From: Micrococcus luteus NCTC 2665
Lineage (GTDB): Bacteria > Actinomycetota > Actinomycetes > Actinomycetales > Micrococcaceae
Direction: 5' to 3'
DNA length: 32,000 nucleotides
Assembly: GCF_000023205.1 (NCBI RefSeq)
Contig: NC_012803.1
Coordinates: 1,560,001-1,592,000 of the forward strand
This document shows positions 1 through 15,460 of this stretch, in pieces (the stretch's first letter is position 1; every line of letters begins with the position of its first letter). A program made the position numbers and the translations under genes. Below the pieces are notes generated by a model. That model had not been told where the DNA came from. It saw only the letters and a program-made list of their open reading frames with translations, and did not search any database.

Positions 1-3369
<3,369 letters not shown>

Positions 3370-4766
3370 GGCTCTCCTGACGCTTCCGTGGGTGTTCTGG
3401 CGAGCCGTTGACGAGGGCACGCCGCTCTCTGCCTAGGTTTCTGGCTGTTGAGGTCAGTTACCTGAAGGGCGGAGAACGGCGTGCGGAACGCAAGCCTATG
3501 GCGGTCCTTGCTGGGCGTCGAGAAGACGGTCGTGGAGGGCATCGAGTTCGATGAGGACGACCAGCTCCTGGTGGCTCATGTCCGTCCCCGGGCTCGAGTG
3601 CGTGGCCGGTGCGGGCGGTGCGGGCGCAGGTCGCCCGGGTACGACCGTGGCGAGGGTCGGCGGCGGTGGCGGGCGCTGGATCTGGGCACGGTGCAGGTCT
3701 ACCTCGAGGCCGACGCCCCGCGGGTGGCCTGCCGCGAGCACGGTCCCACGGTGGCCGCCGTCCCGTGGGCCAGGCACGGGGCCGGTCACACCGTGGTGTT
3801 CGACGAGCAGGTGGCCTGGCTGGCCACGCAGTGCTCCAAGTCCGCGGTCACCGAGCTGATGCGCATCGCCTGGCGCACCGTCGGGGCGATCATCACCCGG
3901 GTCTGGGCCGACGTGGAGGCCCTCGGCGACCGGTTCGCCGGCCTGCGACGGATCGGCATCGATGAGATCTCCTACAAGAAGGGCCACCGCTACCTCACGA
4001 TCGTGGTCGACCACGACACCGGCCGGCTCGTCTGGGCCGCCCCGGGCCGGGACAAGGCGACCCTGGCGGCGTTCTTCGAGGCCCTCGGGCCCGACCGGTG
4101 CGCCGAGATCACCCACGTCAGCGCCGACGGGGCGGACTGGATCGCCGCCGTGGTCGCCGAGCGGTGCCCGAACGCGGTGCGGTGCGCTGATCCGTTCCAC
4201 ATCGTCAAGTGGGCCACCGAGGCCCTGGACGAGGTCCGTCGCCAGGCGTGGAACGAGGCCCGTGGCGCGGTCCGGCAGCGCCGGGCCGGGCGGGCCGGCG
4301 GGCACGCCAAGGCGCTCAAGCACGCCCGGTACGCGCTGTGGAAGAACCCCGAGAACCTCACCACCCGGCAGCAGGCCAAGCTCGCCTGGGTCGCCAAGAC
4401 CGACCCGCGCCTGCACCGGGCCTACCTGCTCAAGGAAGGACTGCGCCTGGTCTTCCAGCTACCCGCCGACGAGGCCGAGACGGCCCTGGAACGCTGGATC
4501 GGCTGGGCCCGACGTTGCCGCATCCCCGCCTTCGTCGAGCTCCAACGCCGCATCGTCAAGCACAAGGCCTCGATCCTCGCCGCGATCGAGCACGGCCTGT
4601 CCAACGGACGTATCGAGTCCGTGAACACGAAGATTCGGCTCATCACCCGCGTCGCCTTCGGCTTCAAGTCCCCCGAAGCCCTCATCGCCCTGGCCATGCT
4701 CAACCTCGGCGGCCACCGACCCGTCCTACCGGGCCGGAAATGACCCACGGATCAGTCAGGAGAGCC
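3370..4766 (+). mobile_element. ISL3-family insertion sequence, copy 1 (1397 bp), inside the 16S rRNA gene
   Basis: Imperfect terminal inverted repeats: 3370-3393 GGCTCTCCTGACGCTTCCGTGGGT against revcomp of 4743-4766 GGCTCTCCTGACTGATCCGTGGGT (21/24 match). It has 8-bp TSDs and a single transposase ORF. GGCTCT termini and an 8-bp TSD are typical of ISL3. Confidence 0.9.
3481..4743 (+). CDS. ISL3-family DDE transposase (420 aa, GTG start)
   Basis: N-terminal Cys-rich RCGRCGRR zinc-finger-like motif, plus GIDEISYKKGHRYLTIVVDHDTGRLVW, ADPFHIVKW and SNGRIESVNTKIRLITRVAFGF. This pattern matches the IS204/IS1001/IS1096/IS1165 (ISL3) transposase group. Confidence 0.9.
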   Translation: MRNASLWRSLLGVEKTVVEGIEFDEDDQLLVAHVRPRARVRGRCGRCGRRSPGYDRGEGRRRWRALDLGTVQVYLEADAPRVACREHGPTVAAVPWARHGAGHTVVFDEQVAWLATQCSKSAVTELMRIAWRTVGAIITRVWADVEALGDRFAGLRRIGIDEISYKKGHRYLTIVVDHDTGRLVWAAPGRDKATLAAFFEALGPDRCAEITHVSADGADWIAAVVAERCPNAVRCADPFHIVKWATEALDEVRRQAWNEARGAVRQRRAGRAGGHAKALKHARYALWKNPENLTTRQQAKLAWVAKTDPRLHRAYLLKEGLRLVFQLPADEAETALERWIGWARRCRIPAFVELQRRIVKHKASILAAIEHGLSNGRIESVNTKIRLITRVAFGFKSPEALIALAMLNLGGHRPVLPGRK

Positions 4767-6036
<1,270 letters not shown>

Positions 6037-6187
6037 AATTACAGAACAACACCGTGGCAGCCGGAAATAACCACCACGACATCCATTCAATACCTGGCAG
6101 ACCATCACCACACCACGGGGGTGGCAGGCGACGATCAACCAATATGTGTTAAAACAATTGGCATCAACAAACTTGGCACACTATTGA

Positions 6188-6201
6188 GTTCTCAAACAAC
6201 A
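6188..6201 (-). promoter_or_regulatory. boxA-like antitermination element (leader copy)
   Basis: Revcomp = TGTTGTTTGAGAAC, about 150 nt upstream of the 16S 5' end. It is identical to the ITS copy. Confidence 0.55.
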
Positions 6202-6260
6202 GGCGCTTCCAGCTTCAGCGACCCGCTCCGCGGGCCGTTTCGCTCTGGAGCAACTTCTCC

Positions 6261-6290
6261 ATCCTAGACCATCCGTTTCGACCGTGTCAA
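6261..6290 (-). promoter_or_regulatory. rrn promoter candidate (proximal): TTGACA-18-TAGGAT
   Basis: Minus-strand reading: TTGACA (revcomp of 6285-6290), an 18-nt spacer, then TAGGAT (revcomp of 6261-6266). Confidence 0.5.
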
Positions 6291-6338
6291 CTCCGTGTCC
6301 GAAGCATTCACCGTCCGTTCACATGGCCGGACTAGAAA

Positions 6339-6366
6339 ACCTTACCACGCGATCCGACAATGTCAA
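6339..6366 (-). promoter_or_regulatory. rrn promoter candidate (middle): TTGACA-16-TAAGGT
   Basis: Minus-strand reading: TTGACA (6361-6366), a 16-nt spacer, then TAAGGT (6339-6344). The flanks are similar to those of the distal copy (cttaccac..gatcc). Confidence 0.6.
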
Positions 6367-6422
6367 CTCCGCTTCCGCGGGGCCAGACACTCACCGGACC
6401 ATCCACGTGGAAGGCCTCGAAA

Positions 6423-6450
6423 AGCTTACCACATGATCCCCGGCTGTCAA
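6423..6450 (-). promoter_or_regulatory. rrn promoter candidate (distal): TTGACA-16-TAAGCT
   Basis: Minus-strand reading: TTGACA (6445-6450), a 16-nt spacer, then TAAGCT (6423-6428). Confidence 0.6.
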
Positions 6451-6677
6451 ACCAGATCATCTTCTTCAGGAATCCCGACCCGCATCACTGCCGGCCGCGC
6501 ACCCGGTGAGCACCACCCGCCCTGGACCTGCCATTCTCGGCATGAATCCGCGGATTCTGTGTTCTTCACCCCGCCTCCCGGTCACCCGGTCGGCGTCTTG
6601 AGCACGAGATGGAACTCTACACCCGAATCCCACCGAACACAAAATCAGGGGTGACACCCGGCGTCCGGGCACGACAA

Positions 6678-6719
6678 AGGGCCCCGTTCTCCGCAGAATC
6701 CTGCGGAGAACGGGGCCCT
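6678..6719 (-). terminator. tyrS intrinsic terminator (19-bp perfect stem, 4-nt loop)
   Basis: AGGGCCCCGTTCTCCGCAG aatc CTGCGGAGAACGGGGCCCT. On the minus strand it is followed by TTTG. It lies about 100 nt downstream of the tyrS stop. Confidence 0.85.
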
Positions 6720-6815
6720 GTGCTCCTCCCGTGGGCGGTTTCTCCGCCGTCGTCGCCCGTCGTGTCCTCGGTCACTTCTGGCGAGCCGGTGGACACCGGT
6801 GGTCTGCGGCCGTGG

Positions 6816-8159
6816 TCAGCCCTCCCCCAGGTCCGCGCCCGCCATGTTCTTCTTGCCCCGGCGCACCAGCAGGTGCCGGCCGGCGAAGGCGTCGTCTCGG
6901 GTGAACACCTGGTCGGCATCCGTCACCCGCACGTTGTTCACCGACGCGCCGCCGTCGCGCACCGTCCGACGCGCCTCGGAGCGCGAGGCGACCAGCCCGG
7001 TGGAGACCAGCAGCTCGACCGCGGTCACGGTGCCCGGCTCCCCCTCCCACTGGGTCCGGTCGGCCTGCGGCAGCTCGGCCAGCACGGCGGTCAGCGTGTC
7101 CGGATCCACGGTGGTGAGGTCGCCGCCTCCGAACACGGCCTGGGAGGCCTCGATGACCTTCGTCGTCGTCTCCTCTCCATGGGCCAGCGCGGTGACCTCC
7201 CACGCCAGGCGCTTCTGGGCCTCCCGGCGGAACGGCTCGTCGGCCACCTTCTGCGCGTACTCCTCGATCTCCGCGCGGGTCAGGAACGTGAAGACCTTGA
7301 GCCGGTCGACGACGTCCGCGTCCGCCGTGTTGAGCCAGAACTGGTAGAAGGCGTATGGCGAGCACATCTCCGCGTCGAGCCAGACGGCGTTGCCCTCGGA
7401 CTTGCCGAACTTGGTGCCGTCCGCGTTCGTGATCAGCGGCGTGCCCAGCGCATGGGCGTGGGTCCCCTCCACCTTGCGGATCAGCTCGGTGCCGGCGGTG
7501 AGGTTGCCCCACTGGTCGGAGCCGCCGGTCTGGAGGGTCACGCCGTGCCGACGGTGCAGCTCGAGGAAGTCGTTGCCCTGCAGCACCTGGTAGGAGAACT
7601 CCGTGTAGGAGATGCCCTCATCAGAGTTCAGGCGCTTGGCCACGATCTCCTTCTTCACCATGGTGCCGACGCGGAAGTTCTTGCCGATGTCCCGCAGGAA
7701 GTCCAGCGCGCTCATGCCCGCGGTCCAGTCCAGGTTGTTGACCATGGTCGCCGCGTTCTCCCCCTCGAAGGAGAGGTACGGCTCGATCTGCGCGCGCAGG
7801 GACTCCACCCACGCCGCCACGGTCTCCTGCGAGTTCAGGACGCGCTCCGAGGTCTGCCGCGGGTCGCCGATGAGCCCGGTGGCGCCGCCCACGAGGGCGT
7901 ACGGGCGGTGGCCGGCGAGCTGCAGGCGGCGCAGGGTGAGCAACTGGACCAGGTGTCCCAGGTGGAGGGACGGAGCGGTCGGGTCGAAGCCGCAGTAATA
8001 CGAGACGGGCTCCCCGGCCAGCGCCTGCTCCAGCGCGGCCTCGTCCGTCGAGACGTGCACGAGCCCGCGCCAGCGCAGCTCCTGCCAGACGTTCTCGAAG
8101 CTCGGGTCGTTCGCCTGTGCGCGCAGTCGGGCCGCGCGCTCCTCGTTCTGGGGTGCCAT
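6816..8159 (-). CDS. tyrS: tyrosine--tRNA ligase
   Basis: 447 aa with the class I motifs HLGH (HIGH) and KFGKS (KMSKS), GFDPTAPSLHLGH, and a C-terminal S4-like domain. The start is uncertain because it gives a ~20-aa N-terminal extension. Confidence 0.93.
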   Translation of the reverse strand: MAPQNEERAARLRAQANDPSFENVWQELRWRGLVHVSTDEAALEQALAGEPVSYYCGFDPTAPSLHLGHLVQLLTLRRLQLAGHRPYALVGGATGLIGDPRQTSERVLNSQETVAAWVESLRAQIEPYLSFEGENAATMVNNLDWTAGMSALDFLRDIGKNFRVGTMVKKEIVAKRLNSDEGISYTEFSYQVLQGNDFLELHRRHGVTLQTGGSDQWGNLTAGTELIRKVEGTHAHALGTPLITNADGTKFGKSEGNAVWLDAEMCSPYAFYQFWLNTADADVVDRLKVFTFLTRAEIEEYAQKVADEPFRREAQKRLAWEVTALAHGEETTTKVIEASQAVFGGGDLTTVDPDTLTAVLAELPQADRTQWEGEPGTVTAVELLVSTGLVASRSEARRTVRDGGASVNNVRVTDADQVFTRDDAFAGRHLLVRRGKKNMAGADLGEG

Positions 8160-8190
8160 GGCCCCCAGCCTAGCGACGCGCCCGCGGGGC

Positions 8191-10479
8191 TCACTCCGGG
8201 ACGTCCGCCAGCCCGGCCGGCAGCGCGGCCGCGTCCGTCCCGGCGACGACGGACAGCGACTGGGTGGCGCGGGTCATCGCCACGTACAGATCGCCCACCA
8301 CGCCGCGTGCGTCGGCCACGATCCGCTCGGGAGAGACGAGGACGACGGTGTCGAACTCCAGTCCCTTGGTGTCCCACGGGGTGGCGACGACGATCTCGAC
8401 GCCGGGCAGCGGCGCGGTGTCCACGGCCGCCTCCCCCCACCGCTCGCGGAGGGCCGTGAGCAACTCCCCTGTCTGCCCGGCGGGGGCGATCACGGCGGTC
8501 AGGGCCTCGGGCACGCGGCCCCGCTCGACCTCGACCGCCTCGAGGGTCAGGGCCGCCACGTCACCGCCCGGCTCCGTCACCAGGCGCGGGCGGTGATCGC
8601 CCTCACGCACGGCGCGCGGATGGGAGACCTCAAGCCCGGCCGCCCGCGCGACCTGCGCGGCCCAGCGCATCACGCGCGCCGGCGAACGGTAGTTCACAGT
8701 CAACTCTTCCAGGCGCCAGCGGTCCCCGAACTCAGGGGCGAGGACGGACGCCCACGAGCCGGCCGCGTCGCGACGGGAGGACTGCGCGATGTCGCCCACG
8801 ATGGTGAACGACTTCATCGGGCAGCGGCGCGCCAGCAGGCGCCACTGCATCGGAGAGAGCTCCTGGGCCTCGTCAACCACCACGTGCCCGTACGTCCAGG
8901 TGCGGTCGTAGGCCGCGGTCTCGGCGGTGGTCCGTCGCACGCCGCGCGCCTCATTGGCCGCGGCCAGCTGCTCGGCGTCCACGACGCCGTCGACGCCCAG
9001 GTCCGCGAGCGTCTGGTGCATGTTCTCCAGGGACGCCCGGGCGTTCTCGAGGTTGCGCTCGTGCTGGGCCGCGGATTCACCGCCCCGGCCCGGGGTCTCG
9101 AGGCGTCCGAGCAGCTCGGCCGCCTCGTCCAGGAGGGGCACGTCGGCCTCGGTCCAGGGGGCGTCGGCCGGCCGCAGGAGCGCGCCGACCTCGGCGTCGG
9201 ACAGCCACGGGGCGGCCGCCCGGAGCAGGTCCTCCCGGGTGAGGAGGTCGCCGATCAGTTTCTCCGGCGTCAGCGGCATCCAGCAGAGGTTGAGCGCGAT
9301 GCGCACGTCGCGCGAGGTGCGCACGTCCTCGAGGAGGAGGTCACGCTGCACCGGGGTGCCCGAGGACTTCTCCAGTTTCTTGCGCAGCTTCTCCGCGAGC
9401 TCGCGGACGAGGATCTTCACGAACGTCACCCGGGCCTCGTTGTGGGGCTTTCGGGTGGCCCGCGCCTTGTCCCGGGCGCGCCGGACCATGGCCGGCTTGA
9501 GCTTGACGGCCGTGCCGTCGATCATCAGGCGCCGCGGCTCGACGAGCAGGCGCTGGCGCTGCGCGACCGCGTGGGCGACGGCGTCCACCATGTCCAGCCG
9601 GCCCTTCACCGCCGCCACGTCGAGGTCCCGCTCCGGGACGGCCCGTACGCCCGGCATCAGCGTCCCCAGCGAGGACATCACGACACCGGTCTCGCCCAGC
9701 GAGGGCAGCACCCGCTCGATGTACCGCATGAACGCGGTCGACGGACCGACGATCAGCACGCCCGAGCGCGCGAGGCGCTCCCGGTGGGTGTACAGCAGGT
9801 AGGCCGCGCGGTGCAGGGCGACGGCGGTCTTCCCCGTGCCGGGCCCGCCCTGGACCACGACCGCCCCGGACAGGGGCGCGCGGATCACCTCGTCCTGCTC
9901 CGCCTGGATCGTGGCGACGATGTCCCCCATCCGCCCCGTGCGTCGGGCGGTGACGGCGGCCAGCAGCGCACCCTGGCCATCGGCGCGCACCCCGTCCTCG
10001 CCCAGCAGCGTCGGGTCCAGGATGTCGTCCTCGAGGTCGCGCACCTCGCGCCCCCGCAGCATCAGGTGACGACGACGGCGCACACGGCCCCGGTGGGCCG
10101 CCGTCGCCTGGTAGAAGGCGCCGGCCTCGGCCGCGCGCCAGTCGACGAGGAGGCGCTCGTGGTCCTCGGTGGTGAGGCCGATGCGCCCGATGTACCGCTG
10201 CTCGTCGGCCCCACCCTCCTGCTCGGCGTCGAGGTCGAGCCGGCCGAAGACGAGGCGGTCGTCCACGGCGTAGAGCTGGGCGAGTCGGTCCTCGTAGAGG
10301 CTGGCGAAGGCGTCGCGCTCGGAGTGGTTCTGCAGCGACCCCTGCGGGCCGGTCCGGCGCACGGCCGCGAGCTGGCGCTCCTTCTCCTCACGCAGGGCGT
10401 CGAGGCGGGCGTACCGCTCGGCGACCCGACCCCGCTCGAGGTCGAGCTCGGACTGGCGGACGGACACGGTATCGGTCAT
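8191..10479 (-). CDS. helD: HelD-like UvrD/Rep-family helicase (helicase IV / RNA polymerase-associated ATPase)
   Basis: 762 aa from ATG 10479 (the track ORF extends to 10548). It has an N-terminal coiled-coil-like segment, RYIGRIGL...LVDWRAAEAGAFYQAT, Walker A GGPGTGKT, Walker B VVVDEAQEL and a C-terminal TKGLEFDTVVLV. Assignment to the HelD subfamily is from motif memory. Confidence 0.7.
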   Translation of the reverse strand: MTDTVSVRQSELDLERGRVAERYARLDALREEKERQLAAVRRTGPQGSLQNHSERDAFASLYEDRLAQLYAVDDRLVFGRLDLDAEQEGGADEQRYIGRIGLTTEDHERLLVDWRAAEAGAFYQATAAHRGRVRRRRHLMLRGREVRDLEDDILDPTLLGEDGVRADGQGALLAAVTARRTGRMGDIVATIQAEQDEVIRAPLSGAVVVQGGPGTGKTAVALHRAAYLLYTHRERLARSGVLIVGPSTAFMRYIERVLPSLGETGVVMSSLGTLMPGVRAVPERDLDVAAVKGRLDMVDAVAHAVAQRQRLLVEPRRLMIDGTAVKLKPAMVRRARDKARATRKPHNEARVTFVKILVRELAEKLRKKLEKSSGTPVQRDLLLEDVRTSRDVRIALNLCWMPLTPEKLIGDLLTREDLLRAAAPWLSDAEVGALLRPADAPWTEADVPLLDEAAELLGRLETPGRGGESAAQHERNLENARASLENMHQTLADLGVDGVVDAEQLAAANEARGVRRTTAETAAYDRTWTYGHVVVDEAQELSPMQWRLLARRCPMKSFTIVGDIAQSSRRDAAGSWASVLAPEFGDRWRLEELTVNYRSPARVMRWAAQVARAAGLEVSHPRAVREGDHRPRLVTEPGGDVAALTLEAVEVERGRVPEALTAVIAPAGQTGELLTALRERWGEAAVDTAPLPGVEIVVATPWDTKGLEFDTVVLVSPERIVADARGVVGDLYVAMTRATQSLSVVAGTDAAALPAGLADVPE

Positions 10480-10577
10480 CGGGGCCCTCGCGATGCGGTG
10501 AGGGGCGGACCACGCTGCGGCCCGCCCGGCGGAAAAGTGACCACCCATGCTACGCCGACCACGGTGGACGGCGGGTG

Positions 10578-10608
10578 ACGCGGCGGCGCCCTGGGGGCAC
10601 CGCCGCGT
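10578..10608 (-). terminator. GC hairpin downstream of argH (possible terminator)
   Basis: ACGCGGCGG, a 13-nt loop, then CCGCCGCGT: a 9-bp stem about 40 nt after the argH stop. There is no U tract. Confidence 0.3.
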
Positions 10609-10645
10609 GCGGTCCGGCCGACGCCGACTCGGCCGGGCGACCGCG

Positions 10646-13433
<2,788 letters not shown>

Positions 13434-13520
13434 GTCTTCTCCTCTTTATATAGGGGGCGTCTCCGAGCGCGGCACGTGGCCGTCGGAGGCGTGCTCGTGG
13501 CGATCCTACCCGGGTCTTGA

Positions 13521-13528
13521 ATAAATAT
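13521..13528. repeat. 8-bp target-site duplication ATAAATAT (left copy)
   Basis: The same 8-mer is found at 14926-14933, directly outside the IS ends. Confidence 0.9.
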
Positions 13529-14925
13529 GGCTCTCCTGACGCTTCCGTGGGTGTTCTGGCGAGCCGTTGACGAGGGCACGCCGCTCTCTGCCTAGGTTTC
13601 TGGCTGTTGAGGTCAGTTACCTGAAGGGCGGAGAACGGCGTGCGGAACGCAAGCCTATGGCGGTCCTTGCTGGGCGTCGAGAAGACGGTCGTGGAGGGCA
13701 TCGAGTTCGATGAGGACGACCAGCTCCTGGTGGCTCATGTCCGTCCCCGGGCTCGAGTGCGTGGCCGGTGCGGGCGGTGCGGGCGCAGGTCGCCCGGGTA
13801 CGACCGTGGCGAGGGTCGGCGGCGGTGGCGGGCGCTGGATCTGGGCACGGTGCAGGTCTACCTCGAGGCCGACGCCCCGCGGGTGGCCTGCCGCGAGCAC
13901 GGTCCCACGGTGGCCGCCGTCCCGTGGGCCAGGCACGGGGCCGGTCACACCGTGGTGTTCGACGAGCAGGTGGCCTGGCTGGCCACGCAGTGCTCCAAGT
14001 CCGCGGTCACCGAGCTGATGCGCATCGCCTGGCGCACCGTCGGGGCGATCATCACCCGGGTCTGGGCCGACGTGGAGGCCCTCGGCGACCGGTTCGCCGG
14101 CCTGCGACGGATCGGCATCGATGAGATCTCCTACAAGAAGGGCCACCGCTACCTCACGATCGTGGTCGACCACGACACCGGCCGGCTCGTCTGGGCCGCC
14201 CCGGGCCGGGACAAGGCGACCCTGGCGGCGTTCTTCGAGGCCCTCGGGCCCGACCGGTGCGCCGAGATCACCCACGTCAGCGCCGACGGGGCGGACTGGA
14301 TCGCCGCCGTGGTCGCCGAGCGGTGCCCGAACGCGGTGCGGTGCGCTGATCCGTTCCACATCGTCAAGTGGGCCACCGAGGCCCTGGACGAGGTCCGTCG
14401 CCAGGCGTGGAACGAGGCCCGTGGCGCGGTCCGGCAGCGCCGGGCCGGGCGGGCCGGCGGGCACGCCAAGGCGCTCAAGCACGCCCGGTACGCGCTGTGG
14501 AAGAACCCCGAGAACCTCACCACCCGGCAGCAGGCCAAGCTCGCCTGGGTCGCCAAGACCGACCCGCGCCTGCACCGGGCCTACCTGCTCAAGGAAGGAC
14601 TGCGCCTGGTCTTCCAGCTACCCGCCGACGAGGCCGAGACGGCCCTGGAACGCTGGATCGGCTGGGCCCGACGTTGCCGCATCCCCGCCTTCGTCGAGCT
14701 CCAACGCCGCATCGTCAAGCACAAGGCCTCGATCCTCGCCGCGATCGAGCACGGCCTGTCCAACGGACGTATCGAGTCCGTGAACACGAAGATTCGGCTC
14801 ATCACCCGCGTCGCCTTCGGCTTCAAGTCCCCCGAAGCCCTCATCGCCCTGGCCATGCTCAACCTCGGCGGCCACCGACCCGTCCTACCGGGCCGGAAAT
14901 GACCCACGGATCAGTCAGGAGAGCC
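13529..14925 (+). mobile_element. ISL3-family insertion sequence, copy 2 (1397 bp), in the argG upstream region
   Basis: Same length and ends as copy 1. Every six-frame ORF inside it translates identically to its counterpart in copy 1, and I saw no nucleotide difference by eye. It sits 95 bp upstream of the argG start. Confidence 0.9.
13640..14902 (+). CDS. ISL3-family DDE transposase (identical to 3481-4743)
   Basis: Its 420-aa product is identical to that of copy 1. Confidence 0.9.
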   Translation: MRNASLWRSLLGVEKTVVEGIEFDEDDQLLVAHVRPRARVRGRCGRCGRRSPGYDRGEGRRRWRALDLGTVQVYLEADAPRVACREHGPTVAAVPWARHGAGHTVVFDEQVAWLATQCSKSAVTELMRIAWRTVGAIITRVWADVEALGDRFAGLRRIGIDEISYKKGHRYLTIVVDHDTGRLVWAAPGRDKATLAAFFEALGPDRCAEITHVSADGADWIAAVVAERCPNAVRCADPFHIVKWATEALDEVRRQAWNEARGAVRQRRAGRAGGHAKALKHARYALWKNPENLTTRQQAKLAWVAKTDPRLHRAYLLKEGLRLVFQLPADEAETALERWIGWARRCRIPAFVELQRRIVKHKASILAAIEHGLSNGRIESVNTKIRLITRVAFGFKSPEALIALAMLNLGGHRPVLPGRK

Positions 14926-14933
14926 ATAAATAT
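14926..14933. repeat. 8-bp target-site duplication ATAAATAT (right copy)
   Basis: Direct repeat of 13521-13528. Confidence 0.9.
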
Positions 14934-14950
14934 GCAACTGACGGAATATC
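14926..14950 (-). promoter_or_regulatory. Distal half of a candidate ArgR operator / argG promoter, displaced by the IS
   Basis: Minus-strand reading: GATATTCCGTcagttGCATATttat. This shares GATATTCCGT-N5-GCATAT with the argC upstream region (22185-22210). The reconstructed pre-insertion site cTTGAATAAATATGCAAc resembles an ARG box (TnTGAATwwwwATTCAnw). Confidence 0.45.
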
Positions 14951-15218
14951 AGCCCCCCGAGGGCCCCTTGACAGCCCCTCTGCGCCTGCAGCGACGGCCA
15001 CCGGCAACCATCGCTCCGCCGTCGAATCCCGGGTCGAACGCGACTCAGGTCACGGCCTCGGCCGTCGATCGTGACCTTCGCCCATACCCCTGTGACGGAG
15101 GTTGTCCACACCGGCAGATCAGACACCATGACAGCAAATCCGGCCAGTAGCGTGCATTTCATCCACGCGCCCACGACTCAGAGATCGATTCGTCACCCGA
15201 TCTCAAATGTGAGATGGA

Positions 15219-15366
15219 CGGGCAAGAATTCGTCGACCCATGATTTGACGCGAGGGGGGCTCCCGTCGTTGACTCTTCCGTAGCCGATTCGTGATCGAAC
15301 CGTGATCTGACCGAGAGGTCGGGAACGGGGAGGCCACGACATCGAACCCCCTCCGACGGTCGCCCG
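15219..15366 (+). ncRNA. Candidate ydaO-type (cyclic-di-AMP) riboswitch-like leader of rpf
   Basis: There are two pseudo-symmetric halves. The first is GAAUUC, a hairpin (CGUC..GACG), then GCGAGGGGGGCUCCC at 15226-15263. The second is GUGAUC, a GNRA hairpin (GACC GAGA GGUC), then GGGAACGGGGAGGCCAC at 15301-15337, followed by CGAACCC. A possible closing helix is CGGGC (15219) with GCCCG (15362). The alignment to remembered B. subtilis and Thermoanaerobacter ydaO sequences was done by hand, and the conserved CAGCUAACC segment is not clearly present. Confidence 0.4.
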
Positions 15367-15460
15367 CTGCTGGGTCGTCTCGAACCGACGGAGGGCATGA
15401 CCCGACCAAGGAGAAGGACGACCCCGGTGTGCCTCGGCCGCCGATCAGCGAGGACTCGCC

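Noticed and set aside
3408-3439. Transposase promoter TTGACG ... TAGGTT inside the IS left end
   Set aside because: The spacer is 20 nt, too long for a standard sigma-70-type promoter. I am not confident enough to call it.
8160-8190. T-box or other leader upstream of tyrS
   Set aside because: Only 31 nt separates tyrS from helD, which is too short for a T-box (about 200 nt).
6609-8459. 616-aa plus-strand ORF
   Set aside because: It is antisense to tyrS and the helD 3' end and is rich in Arg, Gly, Pro and Ala. This is a typical shadow ORF of high-GC DNA with no recognisable motifs.
8158-10578. 806-aa plus-strand ORF
   Set aside because: It is antisense to helD. It has the same high-GC shadow-ORF composition, whereas the minus-strand frame carries clear helicase motifs.
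10480-10645. Rifamycin-associated element or a clear promoter upstream of helD (TAGCAT at 10547-10552 on the minus strand)
   Set aside because: There is no matching -35 box, and I cannot recall the RAE consensus well enough to assert a match.
14911-15398. Small ORFs (87, 70 and 79 aa) between the IS and rpf
   Set aside because: They have no RBS and no motifs, they overlap one another, and one starts inside the IS end. I treat the region as non-coding regulatory or leader DNA.
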